Assembly (NCBI GenBank): GCA_977017575.1
Contig: CDRNVI010000138.1
Span: 1-64,000, forward strand
DNA from: Paramoeba atlantica
Lineage: Eukaryota; Protista; Discosea
Direction: 5' to 3'
DNA length: 64,000 bases
Shown here: in pieces, positions 9,588 through 20,535 of the stretch
Layout of the letters: every line of letters starts with the position of its first letter
How positions within the stretch are numbered: position 1 is the stretch's first letter
The notes under the pieces: model-generated
The model's input: the letters and a program-made list of their open reading frames with translations, nothing else
Told to the model about the DNA's origin: nothing
The model's database searches: none
Made by a program: the position numbers and the translations under genes

Positions 9588-11220
9588 GAGGGTTTCTAAA
9601 ACTCCTGAAAAAACCAGTTTTTTTGTTTGATGTTTTTTTTTCACAAAACTCTGGGCCCAGAATTTTTGCTGAGGGTGAAAACCCAGAGTTTTTTCATTTT
9701 GAAAAAAAAATTCAAAATTTTGAAAATGAGATTGAAATGGAAAATTGAAAGTTTATTTCAAACAAAAAAAAGAGAAAAATGGAAATGAAGAGGTTGCTGA
9801 AATTGAATTGGAGGGAGGTTTATGGTGGAATAATCTTTTGTGTTATCAACTCCACAAATATCTTCCTTCTAAGAATGGTGCATGTTTTAAACAAAAACTT
9901 TTGAGTGGAATCTCAAAGGCAAACAATAGCAAAAAGCTAATAAAAAAATTCCACACTCAGTTGCATTTTGCTGCTCATTCATAAGATGGAAAGAAAACAT
10001 TCAAAGAAATGTAAAAACCTCTTGGCTGGGACATATTACCTCTTGATTGGACATATTACCTCTTGGCTGGGACATATTACCTCAACACAGGTTGCCTTCT
10101 CCAGTTTCTTCCATTTTGAGGACATCTTTTTGATTTTCTAAAAAGGTGTTTCAGTTTGAAAAGAAAGGAAAAGAGAGAAAGGGAGAGAGAGGGGAGAAAT
10201 TGAAAAAAAAGAAACCTCAAAAGCAGAAACTTCACAACCCCCAAGAGAGTCATAAAATAACAATTCATTCAACTAAAAACAAAAAAAAAACAAACCAACC
10301 AGGAAAAAAAAAAGAAGAAAACCAAGAAGGGAACGTGAACGTGAACAGAAAAAGCAAAAAAAAAACGAGGCTCTGTCACATAAAAATATTATGATTTTTT
10401 TCTTGCTGTCTTTCTTTCAAAAGAAAAAAATGAAAAGACTTGGTACCTTACTTTGGTGAGGAGCGCGTTCTTTTTCGTTTTTTCTGTTCGGTTCTGTTCT
10501 TTCGGTTTTTGTTTTGTTTTTGTTTGTTTGTTCTTTTGTTTGATTGTTTTTTTTTTGGTTTCTCTTTTGTTTTGTTTTTGTTTGTGTGTTTGCTTTTGTT
10601 TGTGTGTTTGCTTTTGTTTGTTTGTTCTTTTGTTTAATTTTTTTTTTTGCTTTCTCTTTTGTTTTGTTTTTGTTTGTGTGTTTTTCTTTTGTTTGTGTGT
10701 GTTTGCTTTTGTGTTTTTTTGTTTTATTTTTTGTTTTGTTTTTTGTTTTTGCTTTGTGTTTGAAAGGATGATTGCCAGACAGTGAATTTGAGGATTGATT
10801 GAGATGTTTTTGGGGTTGGTGCACACTTTTCAGGCAACCACTGTCTCTTTTTCTTCAAGTGCGGATGCAAACTATTGTTCTGTTAATTGTTTATTCTCTG
10901 ATGAACCATAGAATCCAACTTTCTCCTCTTTGTCCTCTTCTAAACAAGATTCTATCACCTTTTCCCATTTGTTCTGCAGAAGAAAATGATGGTTATGAAG
11001 ATCTCTCAAGTGACATTCATCAATTCAAAATTTTGAATTCTCTTCATCTTTATTTTTGTTTTTTTAGTCAAAATAAAAAATTTATTTTTTTTGAAATTAT
11101 TTGAATTTTTTTTTAAAATAAAAAAACTCTGGGTTTTCACCCTCAGCAAAAATTCTGGGCCCAGAGTTTTGTGAAAAAAAAAAAAAAAATCGCGTTGATT
11201 CCTCCCTTTTAGAAACCCTC
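9588..11220. mobile_element. Non-autonomous TIR DNA transposon, 1.63 kb, in an AAATTT target (ISL2EU/Spy-like signature)
   Basis: 14-bp perfect terminal IR GAGGGTTTCTAAAA (9588-9601 and 11207-11220), plus a 62-bp perfect subterminal IR (9633-9694 and 11121-11182). Flanks AAAT| and |ATTT reconstruct an empty site AAATTT. No intact transposase inside. Confidence 0.82.
10018..10083. repeat. Three tandem 20-21 bp direct repeats CCTCTTG(GCTG/ATT)GGACATATTA
   Basis: Units at 10018-10038, 10039-10058 and 10059-10079, plus a partial CCTC. Confidence 0.95.
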
Positions 11221-11376
11221 ATTTAGCGCCATAAAATTTTCCCCCAACCGTTTCTCTGTGTTTTCTCTTCGGACACATCTCTTCTCATCCTTTCTTCCTT
11301 TTCTCTCTCGAAAGTGTTCCAAAGAACTGAATTTTTGATTCAGTTTTTTGGTTGTCGCTCTGGGTTGTGTGGTTGG

Positions 11377-13301
11377 ATGTGGTTGGCATTGTTCGTTTGG
11401 TGTTGTTGTTTTCTTGTCTTTCCTTCTTCTTGCGATGAGGGAGGAGATTGTTTTCCTTACAGTCTTCAAAATGAATGTACAAGCGTGTTGTTTGGAAAGA
11501 ATGTCTCAATTGAAGAGGGAGAACAGAGTGACTTCTTTTACCAAAATGTCTCGTTGATTGTTTCTGATATTCGAATGGTCCAAGAAAGTTGTCGAAGACC
11601 CTATTTGTCTTATTATTGCCAACTCCTCTTTGGTTCTTTTTCGTGCGAGTCTTCATCTTTTGAAGAAGAAGAGTGTTTGCAAGAAGAGTATTGTATTCAA
11701 GTTGCTGATGCTTGTGCAAATGATTTTAAATTTGATTGTCCTCAGTCCTCAACTCCACCAACAAATAATGATTGCAAAGACCAAGTAAGCAAAGAAATCA
11801 ATGAAGTGAAAAAGAAACCAATTGCAGTCCAAACATGTTTCGACAGTTCAAAAGAACCAATTGAATGTTGTATTGATCCGTTTATCGATGATGATCATGA
11901 TGAATGTGTTGTTCAATGTTTTCAATATCTTTATGGAGAAACATGGGAGAATTCTGTTCGAATTTTTTGCTTTATTCTCTCTTGGCTCTCTTTGTTGCTG
12001 TGGGCAAGTTCTGTCATCCCTCTTTATATGGTGACTGATTTAAGGTTTTTATTTCTTTATTTCAGTCATTTTTTCTCAAATTGAAAATTCTGTCAATTTT
12101 CTTTTGTGTATTCATTTCTTCTTTATGAAGTTACCCAAACAACATCGTGTTCCTTTCGATTTTGAATTTTACTTTGTCATATTTGATGCTCAATTGGTCT
12201 ACTTTTGTTGGTTGGTTTTCTCTTTTTTAGTTTCCTCTTTTTTTTTGTGATTTTTGGATTGATTTTTTTGGGGCAGGTGGAGCCGATTCTTTTGTTTGTG
12301 ATGGGAAGAAGAATTTCTGGAAAGCAAGAAATGACTTTGTACTTTCAACACGATCTGTTTTTCAATATTCTCTTTGGGTCTGTACTATTCTGTCAGGGTT
12401 GTCTTTTTGGTGTGTTTTTTCTTTCAACTTGTTTTGTGCTTCGATGAGGTTTCCCTTATTTATTTATTAATTTATGAATCTTCTCCCCACAATATTTATT
12501 CTTTTTTTAAACAAAACTCAAATCTCTCTTCACTTTATAGACGACACACAACTTATTTTGAAAAGTTTATCAAACAACCAGCTCTCCCAGTGATACAATA
12601 TTCTTTTTTGGGAATATGTATTGGTTTGATGGTTGGATTGTTTTTTGGTTGTTTGATTTATGGTCTTGCCAAAAATGATTACCCACTTTCAAATTTAAAA
12701 ATTGTGCCGCTACCAATTTATTTTTTTCCTTCACAAGGAAAGAGTACTGTTTTAGCTGGTCTTTTTGTGTATCCAGCGTTGGTTTGTGGAGGTCTTGGTG
12801 GAATATTTAATTTTCTCTCCACTGTTCTGATTCTCCAGAGAGGAAGAGAAATTGTCTACTTTCAATGGTTTGTTTTTGTTTTTGTTTTTTCAAAAAAATA
12901 GTTCAATATTTGATAAAAGGAAATTAAATGAAAAATTATTCAGGAGATCAATTCTCTTTGGGATTTTTGGTGTGATTCTCTCCATCCTTCTTGACATTTA
13001 TATTTTTATTTTGTTGGCTGGGATATCAGATTCAAATATTATTCTGTTTATGGATTGTGTTGCTTCCCATCCTCAGGAAAACCCACCACCTTGTCAACGG
13101 GAGTACAGCAATGGATATGCTTTCATGATGTTTCACTTATTTACAAGTGCACTCCCTGGTTCTGCATGTTTAATATTTTATTGGACAAATTCATCAATTC
13201 TTATTTGGTGGAAAGAGTTTATTTTTTCGAAGAGAATATTGACTCAAAAATCAAATTATGAAGAAGTTGGTGAACGAATAGATTCACTCAATCAATTCTA
13301 G
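11377..13301 (+). CDS. Frizzled/Smoothened-like GPCR (signal peptide, Cys-rich domain, multi-TM), multi-exon
   Basis: Hydrophobic N-terminus, Cys-rich ectodomain (..CRRPYLSYYCQLLF..C..C..CADAC..FDC..), CCIDPF..CVVQC..YLY linker, several TM segments, a C..C final loop and a YWT...WWK C-terminus. Resembles Dictyostelium Fsl-type receptors. Confidence 0.75.
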
Positions 13302-13737
13302 AAATCAAAAAACAAATTGTAGAAATTTGAAAACAAAAAAAACAAGACTCTTGAAGAAAGAAAAAAAAAAATGTCAATGTAAAAAATAGAGCGCTATTAT
13401 TTTAGCCTTCCTTCTCTTTCTTTGTCTTCGTGAAGAAAAGTTTTTGTTTTTGTTTTTGTTTTTGTTTTTGTTTTTATTTTCAAGAGCCAAAGAGCCTCGA
13501 TCCCCCTCTCTATCTCTTCACAGAGGTAAATGACGAAGAGTGGAGGTACTGTTCCTGGAGTGGTCTTGGCTGTGAAACGACATAGGTTTTTTTTCAAAAG
13601 AAACTTCTTTTTCTTTTTCTTTTTTCTTAAAAAAAAAAATATTTGTTTTTTTTTTGAAATTTAGAGAAGAAACAATTGGTGAGGAGAAACAAAAAAAAGA
13701 AATCAAAAAAGAGATAAATCAAATTGAAGAATTAGTG

Positions 13738-14392
13738 ATGGCAGATACACCACCAAATGGAGTTGGTCCTCCAAATGAATCACCCATCCCGCCAGTCAGA
13801 CATTGCCAACCCAAAAAACAATCATCAGAAAATGTTTCTTTAACAACAACAACAACAACAACAACAAGTGGTACAAGAGGACTCAAATTGAAAGAACTTT
13901 TGTCCACTCCACAAATTGATCTTGATCAACTTCGTCGTCTTTCTTGGTCTGGTGTTCCTGCTCCTCTCCGGGCTGATGTTTGGCGTATTTTATTGGTTTC
14001 TTTTCTTCTTTTTTCTTTTTTCTTTTTTATCTTTTTTATCTTTTTTCTTTTTTTCTTTTTTTTCTTTTTTCTTTTTTTCTTTCTTTTTTTTTTGCAAAGA
14101 AACAGTTCTCTTTTGTTTACTTTTTTTTGTTCTCTTTTTTTGTAGGGATATTTACCTGCGAATGGAGATCGGAGAGAAATTACACTCACTCGAAAAAGAA
14201 AAGAATATGATGAAATGGCTCCCAGGTAATTCATCATCATCATTATTATCATTATCCAATTCTTCACAAAGAAATTAAAGAAAAACAATTTTGACAATTT
14301 TTTTTTCTCTGTCACAGGAATTTTGATGAGATGGAAAGTGAGGATGCTGATTCATTTGAACGAAATATTTACCGTCAAATTCAACTTGGTTT

Positions 14393-14426
<34 letters not shown>

Positions 14427-15684
14427 TATTCTCTATTAAAATAATATTACTCTTCTCATTTCTTTTGTGAATAATAATAATAATTAATTCGTCAACAGAT
14501 GTTCCTCGAACAAACCCAACTTCTAAACTCTTCAAGAGCCAAATTGTCCAAGACTCTCTTGAACGAATATTGTATGTTTGGGCCATTCGTCATCCTGCAA
14601 GTGGCTATGTCCAAGTTTCTATTTTATTTCTTTTTCCTTTTTCCCAATTTTTCCTTTTTTAAATTGAAAATGATTTTGAAGAAAATCATGTACTCATTTT
14701 CTTTCAAAAAAAAAAAAAGGGAATTAATGATCTATTAACACCATTTTTTGTGGTGTTTTTATGTGACCAATTGGGGATCCATGATGTTGATGCCCTTCAA
14801 GATGTACCAGTCGAATCTCTTCCTTCTCATGTTCTTTCACGTTTTTGTTCATTGTTTTTGTTCATAAATAAACTCTTTTTTTTCTTGGTTAGGTATTGTT
14901 GGAGGTGGAAGCGGATTGTTATTGGTGTATCACCAAACTGTTAGATGGAATTCAAGATCACTACACATTTGCACAACCTGGAATTCAAGTAATTTTTAAA
15001 TTCATTTTTTTCCTCGTCTTCTTCAAGATCTATTGCTCATGTTATTATTTGTAAAGAGAATGCTTTTTAAACTGAAGGAGCTCGTTGCCAAAATTGACTC
15101 AGATCTTGTCAAACATCTTGGTAAAAATTTCTCTCCTTTCTTAATATTGATGATGATGGAAAACTGAAAGATAGGAATAGACGACCAAAATGCGCAGTTT
15201 CTTCAGTTTGCATTTCGATGGATGAACTGTTTGCTCATGCGAGAGATTCCTCTCCACTTGATCCTTCGCATGTGGGACACTTATTTTGGTTCTTATCCCT
15301 TTTTATTCTTATCTTTTTCACCTCTTCTCTTCTCCTAAAAATTTTCTTTCTTTTTAGCGGAAGAAGAAGGGATTTCAAATTTTCATGTGTATGTTTGTGC
15401 AGCTTTTATCACAAATTGGGCCCCGCAGTTAAAAACTCGAGATTTTCAGGTGTGTAATCTTTTTCTGATTTTCCTTCTGTTGCTTCTGTTGTGTGAGAAT
15501 GAATGAGTTCACACACACAAACAACTGCAACACTCAATCAAAAGTAAAACAGGGCATAATGATGTTTTTTCAAAATCTGCCAACCGTTGATTGGTCAAAG
15601 GATGATGTTGAAATGCTTTTATCAAAGGGATACACATATCAGATGCTTTATCACAACGCACCCAATCACTTAAAGTCACAATAA
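13738..15684 (+). CDS. TBC1D22: TBC-domain Rab GAP, TBC1D22/Gyp1 family, about 10 exons
   Basis: LRRLSWSGVP..R..VWRILL|GYLP, QIQL|DVPRT, ERILYVWAIRHPASGYVQ|GINDL, EADCYWC, DGIQDHYTFAQPGIQ, QFAFRWMNCLLMRE, FQNLPT..W. Confidence 0.93.
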
Positions 15685-15855
15685 TAGATTTGTGTTTGTT
15701 CAAAAAGAAAGAAAAAAGGGAATTTTCTCAAAGAAAACAGACCACAAAAAAAAGGACTTTTTTAATCAAAAAATCAAAAACCAGACCAAAATAATTTTAT
15801 CCCCCTCACAATCATTTGTGATAAATAGATTTTTTTATTTCAAAAAATAAGTTGC

Positions 15856-18800
15856 TCAGTCACTCCCCTCTTCTTCTTTCTTGGGACCTTTAACAAGGCT
15901 CTGTTGTATTGATGCAAATGCTCGTTGGACAATATTTTTCTAAATAATTGTTCGAAAAAGTGTGAGTCGAAATAATGCCTTTCAAAAAAAAAAGAAAATC
16001 CAAAAAAGAGTAAAATACCTCTTCCTCGTCTTCCACCTTCTCGACATCCTCTGCTTCATCCTTTCTTTCCCAGAAATTTGGTTCATAATTTGAATGAGTA
16101 TCAGTTAGATTTTCGATACATTTTCGAAGATTTTTGATATAAACTCCTCCCAGGTGATGAGAACCACTTGAGGCCACTGTTCGATGAGACCAACTTTTTT
16201 CAATAACTGAAGGATCGACCATTAAGTTTCCATTTCGATCGAGCAAGACCATCGTTCCTAGAAAGGACAAATGTTATTATTTCCCCACACAAAGCAGAGG
16301 GGGGGAAAAAAAAAATCAAAAGAAAAGAAATTCTTGAGAAAAAGAATCGAACCGATATGCTTGAAACCCATTCTTCCAAGTGGGATCTGGGTAACGATAT
16401 CTGCATAAAAAAAAATTAAAAATTGATCAAATTGATAAAATTGAAGGAAATAAGGATTTTTTTATGGATAAGAAACCTTGAGCATTGACCACTCGCCAAT
16501 TTTCTACAGTAAAAGGTCAGTCACAAAAAAAAAGTTAAAAAAAGTTTTAAATGATTGAAGAATGACAAACCAGGAATTCTCATGTTGTAACTATTGTGGA
16601 ACACCCGATTACCAACACGAGGTGACCCAAATGTGTATGCTACAATCTTCTTTCCCCCCATCTCAGGAGCTAAGCAAGCAGGAGATTAAAAAACATAGAA
16701 AAGAAACTTCTAAAAAAACTCTTTTACCTTGTTGACGAAAAGAAAGGTCATATGAAAAAAGAGTGGCAAGAGCACCCCCCAAAGAATGACCAACAACTAT
16801 AACCGCTTCGAATGCTCCATCTGTAATATCTTTGAGCAAAAAAGAGTAGACCTTTTTTTTTTCAAAAAAAAAGAGAGAGAAAAGAAGAGAGAAACCTTGC
16901 TGAAGCTGGAGTTTGAATTTTTCAAAAATGGCAGCACGAGCTCCAAGATAAGCCTTCAAAAAGCCTTTATGAATTCGAACACCATTCACCACAGGCGTCT
17001 CAGCCACTCCCAGAGTGACGGCAGCATCTTGAGCAGCAATTGCCATGATTGTTTTCCGCTTTTCATTCCTTGCAAACTCAACAGGGATGGTAGCCCCACT
17101 ATTCTCCTGCACCATGCCCAGATCGTCATCATCCTCATCATCTCCAACAATCATCACTGTTTCCGCTTTTCCTTTTTGAGAATAAGTGACACAATTCAAG
17201 GTTGACTGCTCAGTAAAAAACTGGTCTGCATCAAGTGATGTTGATTTTAAGTCTGTTTTGATGTTCTGTTGTTTAAATATGATGAGTGGTAACCCAAATA
17301 TATATATTTTTATCAGTTTGTTTGTACAATTCAACAGAAAAATATTGAGAGATGATGGATCTGTTGTTACCTGCAAACTTTTTGTTCCACGGAAACAAAC
17401 ATAGACACGATTGTCTCCTCTCGCAATGATACAATGAGTATCCAAAGCAGCCAAATGAATATAACTGAAAAAAAATGATTATCAATTGTTTTTCAACAAG
17501 AAATTCACAAAAGAGGAAAAAAAAAACAAACTCAACAACAGGGCAATCTTTGTTATCATGATCAACAGATTCATTGAATTCTTCAGCAGAACCACAATTA
17601 TTATACACCAACTACATGAAGATTCAATTTAGAAAAAATAAAAAGAAAGTGCAAAAATTGTTTCTCAACAAAAAAAAAAGCAAACTTTCGCAAGATTCAA
17701 AGATTCAACACAAGTTTCAACACAAAAGAGATCAGAAATGGCCGATCCACGTGCCTCCAATCCCTTCTCTTCAGTTAATGCGTACACTCGAGTCAAGTGG
17801 ATAGCATCCTATTCCGGTTTGTTCAAATATGAATAAACAATTTTTCTCTCTTTGTATTAATAATAATAAAGTCTCAAATAAAAGGAAATGTATTATTACA
17901 GCAGGAAGGGGGTCTTGGCACTTCTCGGGGAGAAACCATCCTTTGATCCCTCGAGATGTGATTGGCAAGTTGACATACGCAATTTCAATGGCCCAAACAC
18001 TTTTTTTGTGTCAAAATTTAATGAGTATGTTTTTCTGTTTCTCTTAAAAAAAAAAGAGGAAAAAAAAAACCTGAGGAGAAGGATGACAGGGAAGAAAGCG
18101 TAACTTTGTCCAAAGATCATTGTCGAATCTCCAAAGCTGCTGGAAACACCGGCTACATTTTTTTTTATTTGAGAAAAAGGATAAAATATGACTGAAAAAA
18201 ATCAGAGAGATTACTTCCATCAGACTCGATATCTCTCTTCCATCGATCATAAGCATTAACATATCGATCTTTTTGGAAAAAAAAAAATTAATTTTCTGCA
18301 ACAAAGAATTCAAAACCACAAAAAAAAAGAGAAACAAACCGACAGGGGTTGAAGCGGTGACCAAAATATCATACATAATTAAAACACCCCAAAGGGTCAT
18401 TGTATGAAACAAAAAGAAACGGAATCCCAATTGTTTGTATCTGTCAGATTTTTTCTTTTTCAATACTATTTTCTTTTTTGACTTTTCAAAAAAAAAAAAA
18501 GAAAGAAAAAATTCACCGATATGGTGCATAAGGAACTTCAGCGAGCTTTCTCCATGTTATTCTCGCAGAGTGGATAATATAAATGAATAACAGAATCTAT
18601 TTCTTTCAAATTAGAGAATACAAAGATTCTTGCAAAAAAAAGGGGGGGAATCAATCTTCAACCTCAAGAACAATTGTGCAAATGACAGTTACATATAATT
18701 TAGTGTCCCAGATTCCCTGTAAAGAAAATCAATTTTAGTTTTTTTTTTTCAAATTAAGATTTAAAAAAAAAAGACTCAACCTCAAACGCAAGCATCAGCA

Positions 18801-20269
18801 AAGTAATAATTGCACCAAATGGTGTGAAGTAATATCGAAAATCGAGTGCCAATCCTGACACCAATTTCACCTTGACCCAAATATTTACATTTTGCCAAAA
18901 GAAAAAGGAAAAAAACGAAAAAAATCGAAAAAAGTTCAAACAGTGAGAGGAATAGCAACTGGGATCACGACTTTTGCATAAAATGTAACATATTCAAGGA
19001 ATCCTTTGGGGTTCCTGTATAATCCATACAACTAGCAAAGAGAAAGTCAATAATGCATAAAATTTTCCACTTTCATATCCATTATGATAAAATGTGAAAG
19101 AAAAGAAAAACCCGGATCATACACAACATATAAAAGAAAGTCGAAAACTCATAACAAATCGCAGCCACTAACACATACAACCCATTTCCAGATGCTAGGA
19201 TTCAAAAAAAAAAATATTTTCCAAAAAGATCAGTTCAAATGAAACAATAAATTCATCATGAAAAAAAAAAGAAAGGGTAACTTTGGATATCTTTGTTATT
19301 TTCCAGCAACTCAATGGCAGCTGCTGAATAAAACACAGGATTAAAAATGATGACTAATCCTGATAACATCACGCATGTCCAAATCATTTCCACGGTTTTT
19401 TTCTGTGTTCTCAAACTTTAAAAAAAGAGGAAAGGGGGAGGAAAAAAGAAAAGAAAAAGAACTTTGAATGGAAGGAACACAATCCGAAAGACGTAAGCCA
19501 ACACAAAAGCAAAGAAGATCAAAGAAACTGCTGCAGTTCCCTGTAACATTTTGAATGTCAAAGAAATTCACTGACAGAGAGATTCCGAGAGAAAGAGAGT
19601 GGGGGGCTAAAAAGATGAAAGACAGAGAAAGGAGAAAGAGAAAGGAGAAAGAAGAAAGAGAAAGGAGAAAGAGAAAGGAGAAAGAGAGAGGAGAAAGGAG
19701 AAAGAGAAACTAGCAGATCGATTTCCATGAGGATAAAACTCTCAAGATTCTCAGCTTCTTCACGAAATTTGATGGCAACAACAATAGCCCAAACCACCAG
19801 AATAATAAAAGTGAGAACAATGGCACCATAATACCAAATTAACATCCATTTAATTGCGGAACTGCTCAAAACTATTTTGATTTTGATTTTTAATATTTGG
19901 AATTAACCCGAGGCACAAAAAAAAAAATCAAAGAATTAAAACAGAAAAAGAAAAAGGAAAAGGAAAAGGAAAAAACCTTCCAGTTTGGATTTTGCTCGGT
20001 TGGGATCGAGTTGAAAAGCTTCATTTTCTTCAATATAATCAAAAGCGATGCGGTCAAGATCCGGAGAATCATAATCATCTAATCGCTCACTTTTACAAAG
20101 AGAAAAAAGAGTCAGACTCTTGCAAGAGAAAAAGAAAAGGAGAAAAAGAAAAAAAAAACTCTTGATCATCTCCCGCAACTTGCATCTCCCTCCGATTTTC
20201 TTGAGGTTCAGCAGCAACCTGATCCATTTCAATTTCAAGATCAACATCTTGACCAGGGTTCTGAGCCAT
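15856..20269 (-). CDS. Class-3 lipase with N-terminal multi-pass membrane domain (Wntless/TMEM181-like), many exons
   Basis: Lipase motifs VYVCFRGT, RIHKGF, VVGHSLGGALA, YTFGSPRVGN and D.V..IP. N-terminal exons encode several TM helices including TWRKLAEVPYAPYR|YKQLGFRFF and VWAIEIAYVNLP. ATG 20269; the spliced last exon ends at TGA 15856. Confidence 0.8.
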
Positions 20270-20535
20270 GATATTCAAAATGGAACACCTCTTCTAAAAA
20301 AACCGCTCTCTCTCTCTCTCTCTCTTCAAACTCTTCCACACGCAAGAAACCAAAACCCGGATTTGTTTGAAAGGTGCGGGTTTGTTTGAAACGGCGCTTT
20401 TTGGTGTCAATTTTTTTAGGTTTCTAGTTTAGCGTTTTTTGTGAAAACGCTCCTTTGGAATCTTTTTTTTTTTTTATTTTTGGGTGGTTTTTTATTTGTT
20501 TTTTTTACAAAGTGGTTGTTGAAAAAACTGATGGT

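Noticed and set aside
10018-10083. CRISPR-like array
   Set aside because: The repeats are contiguous with no spacers, the context is eukaryotic, and there are no cas genes.
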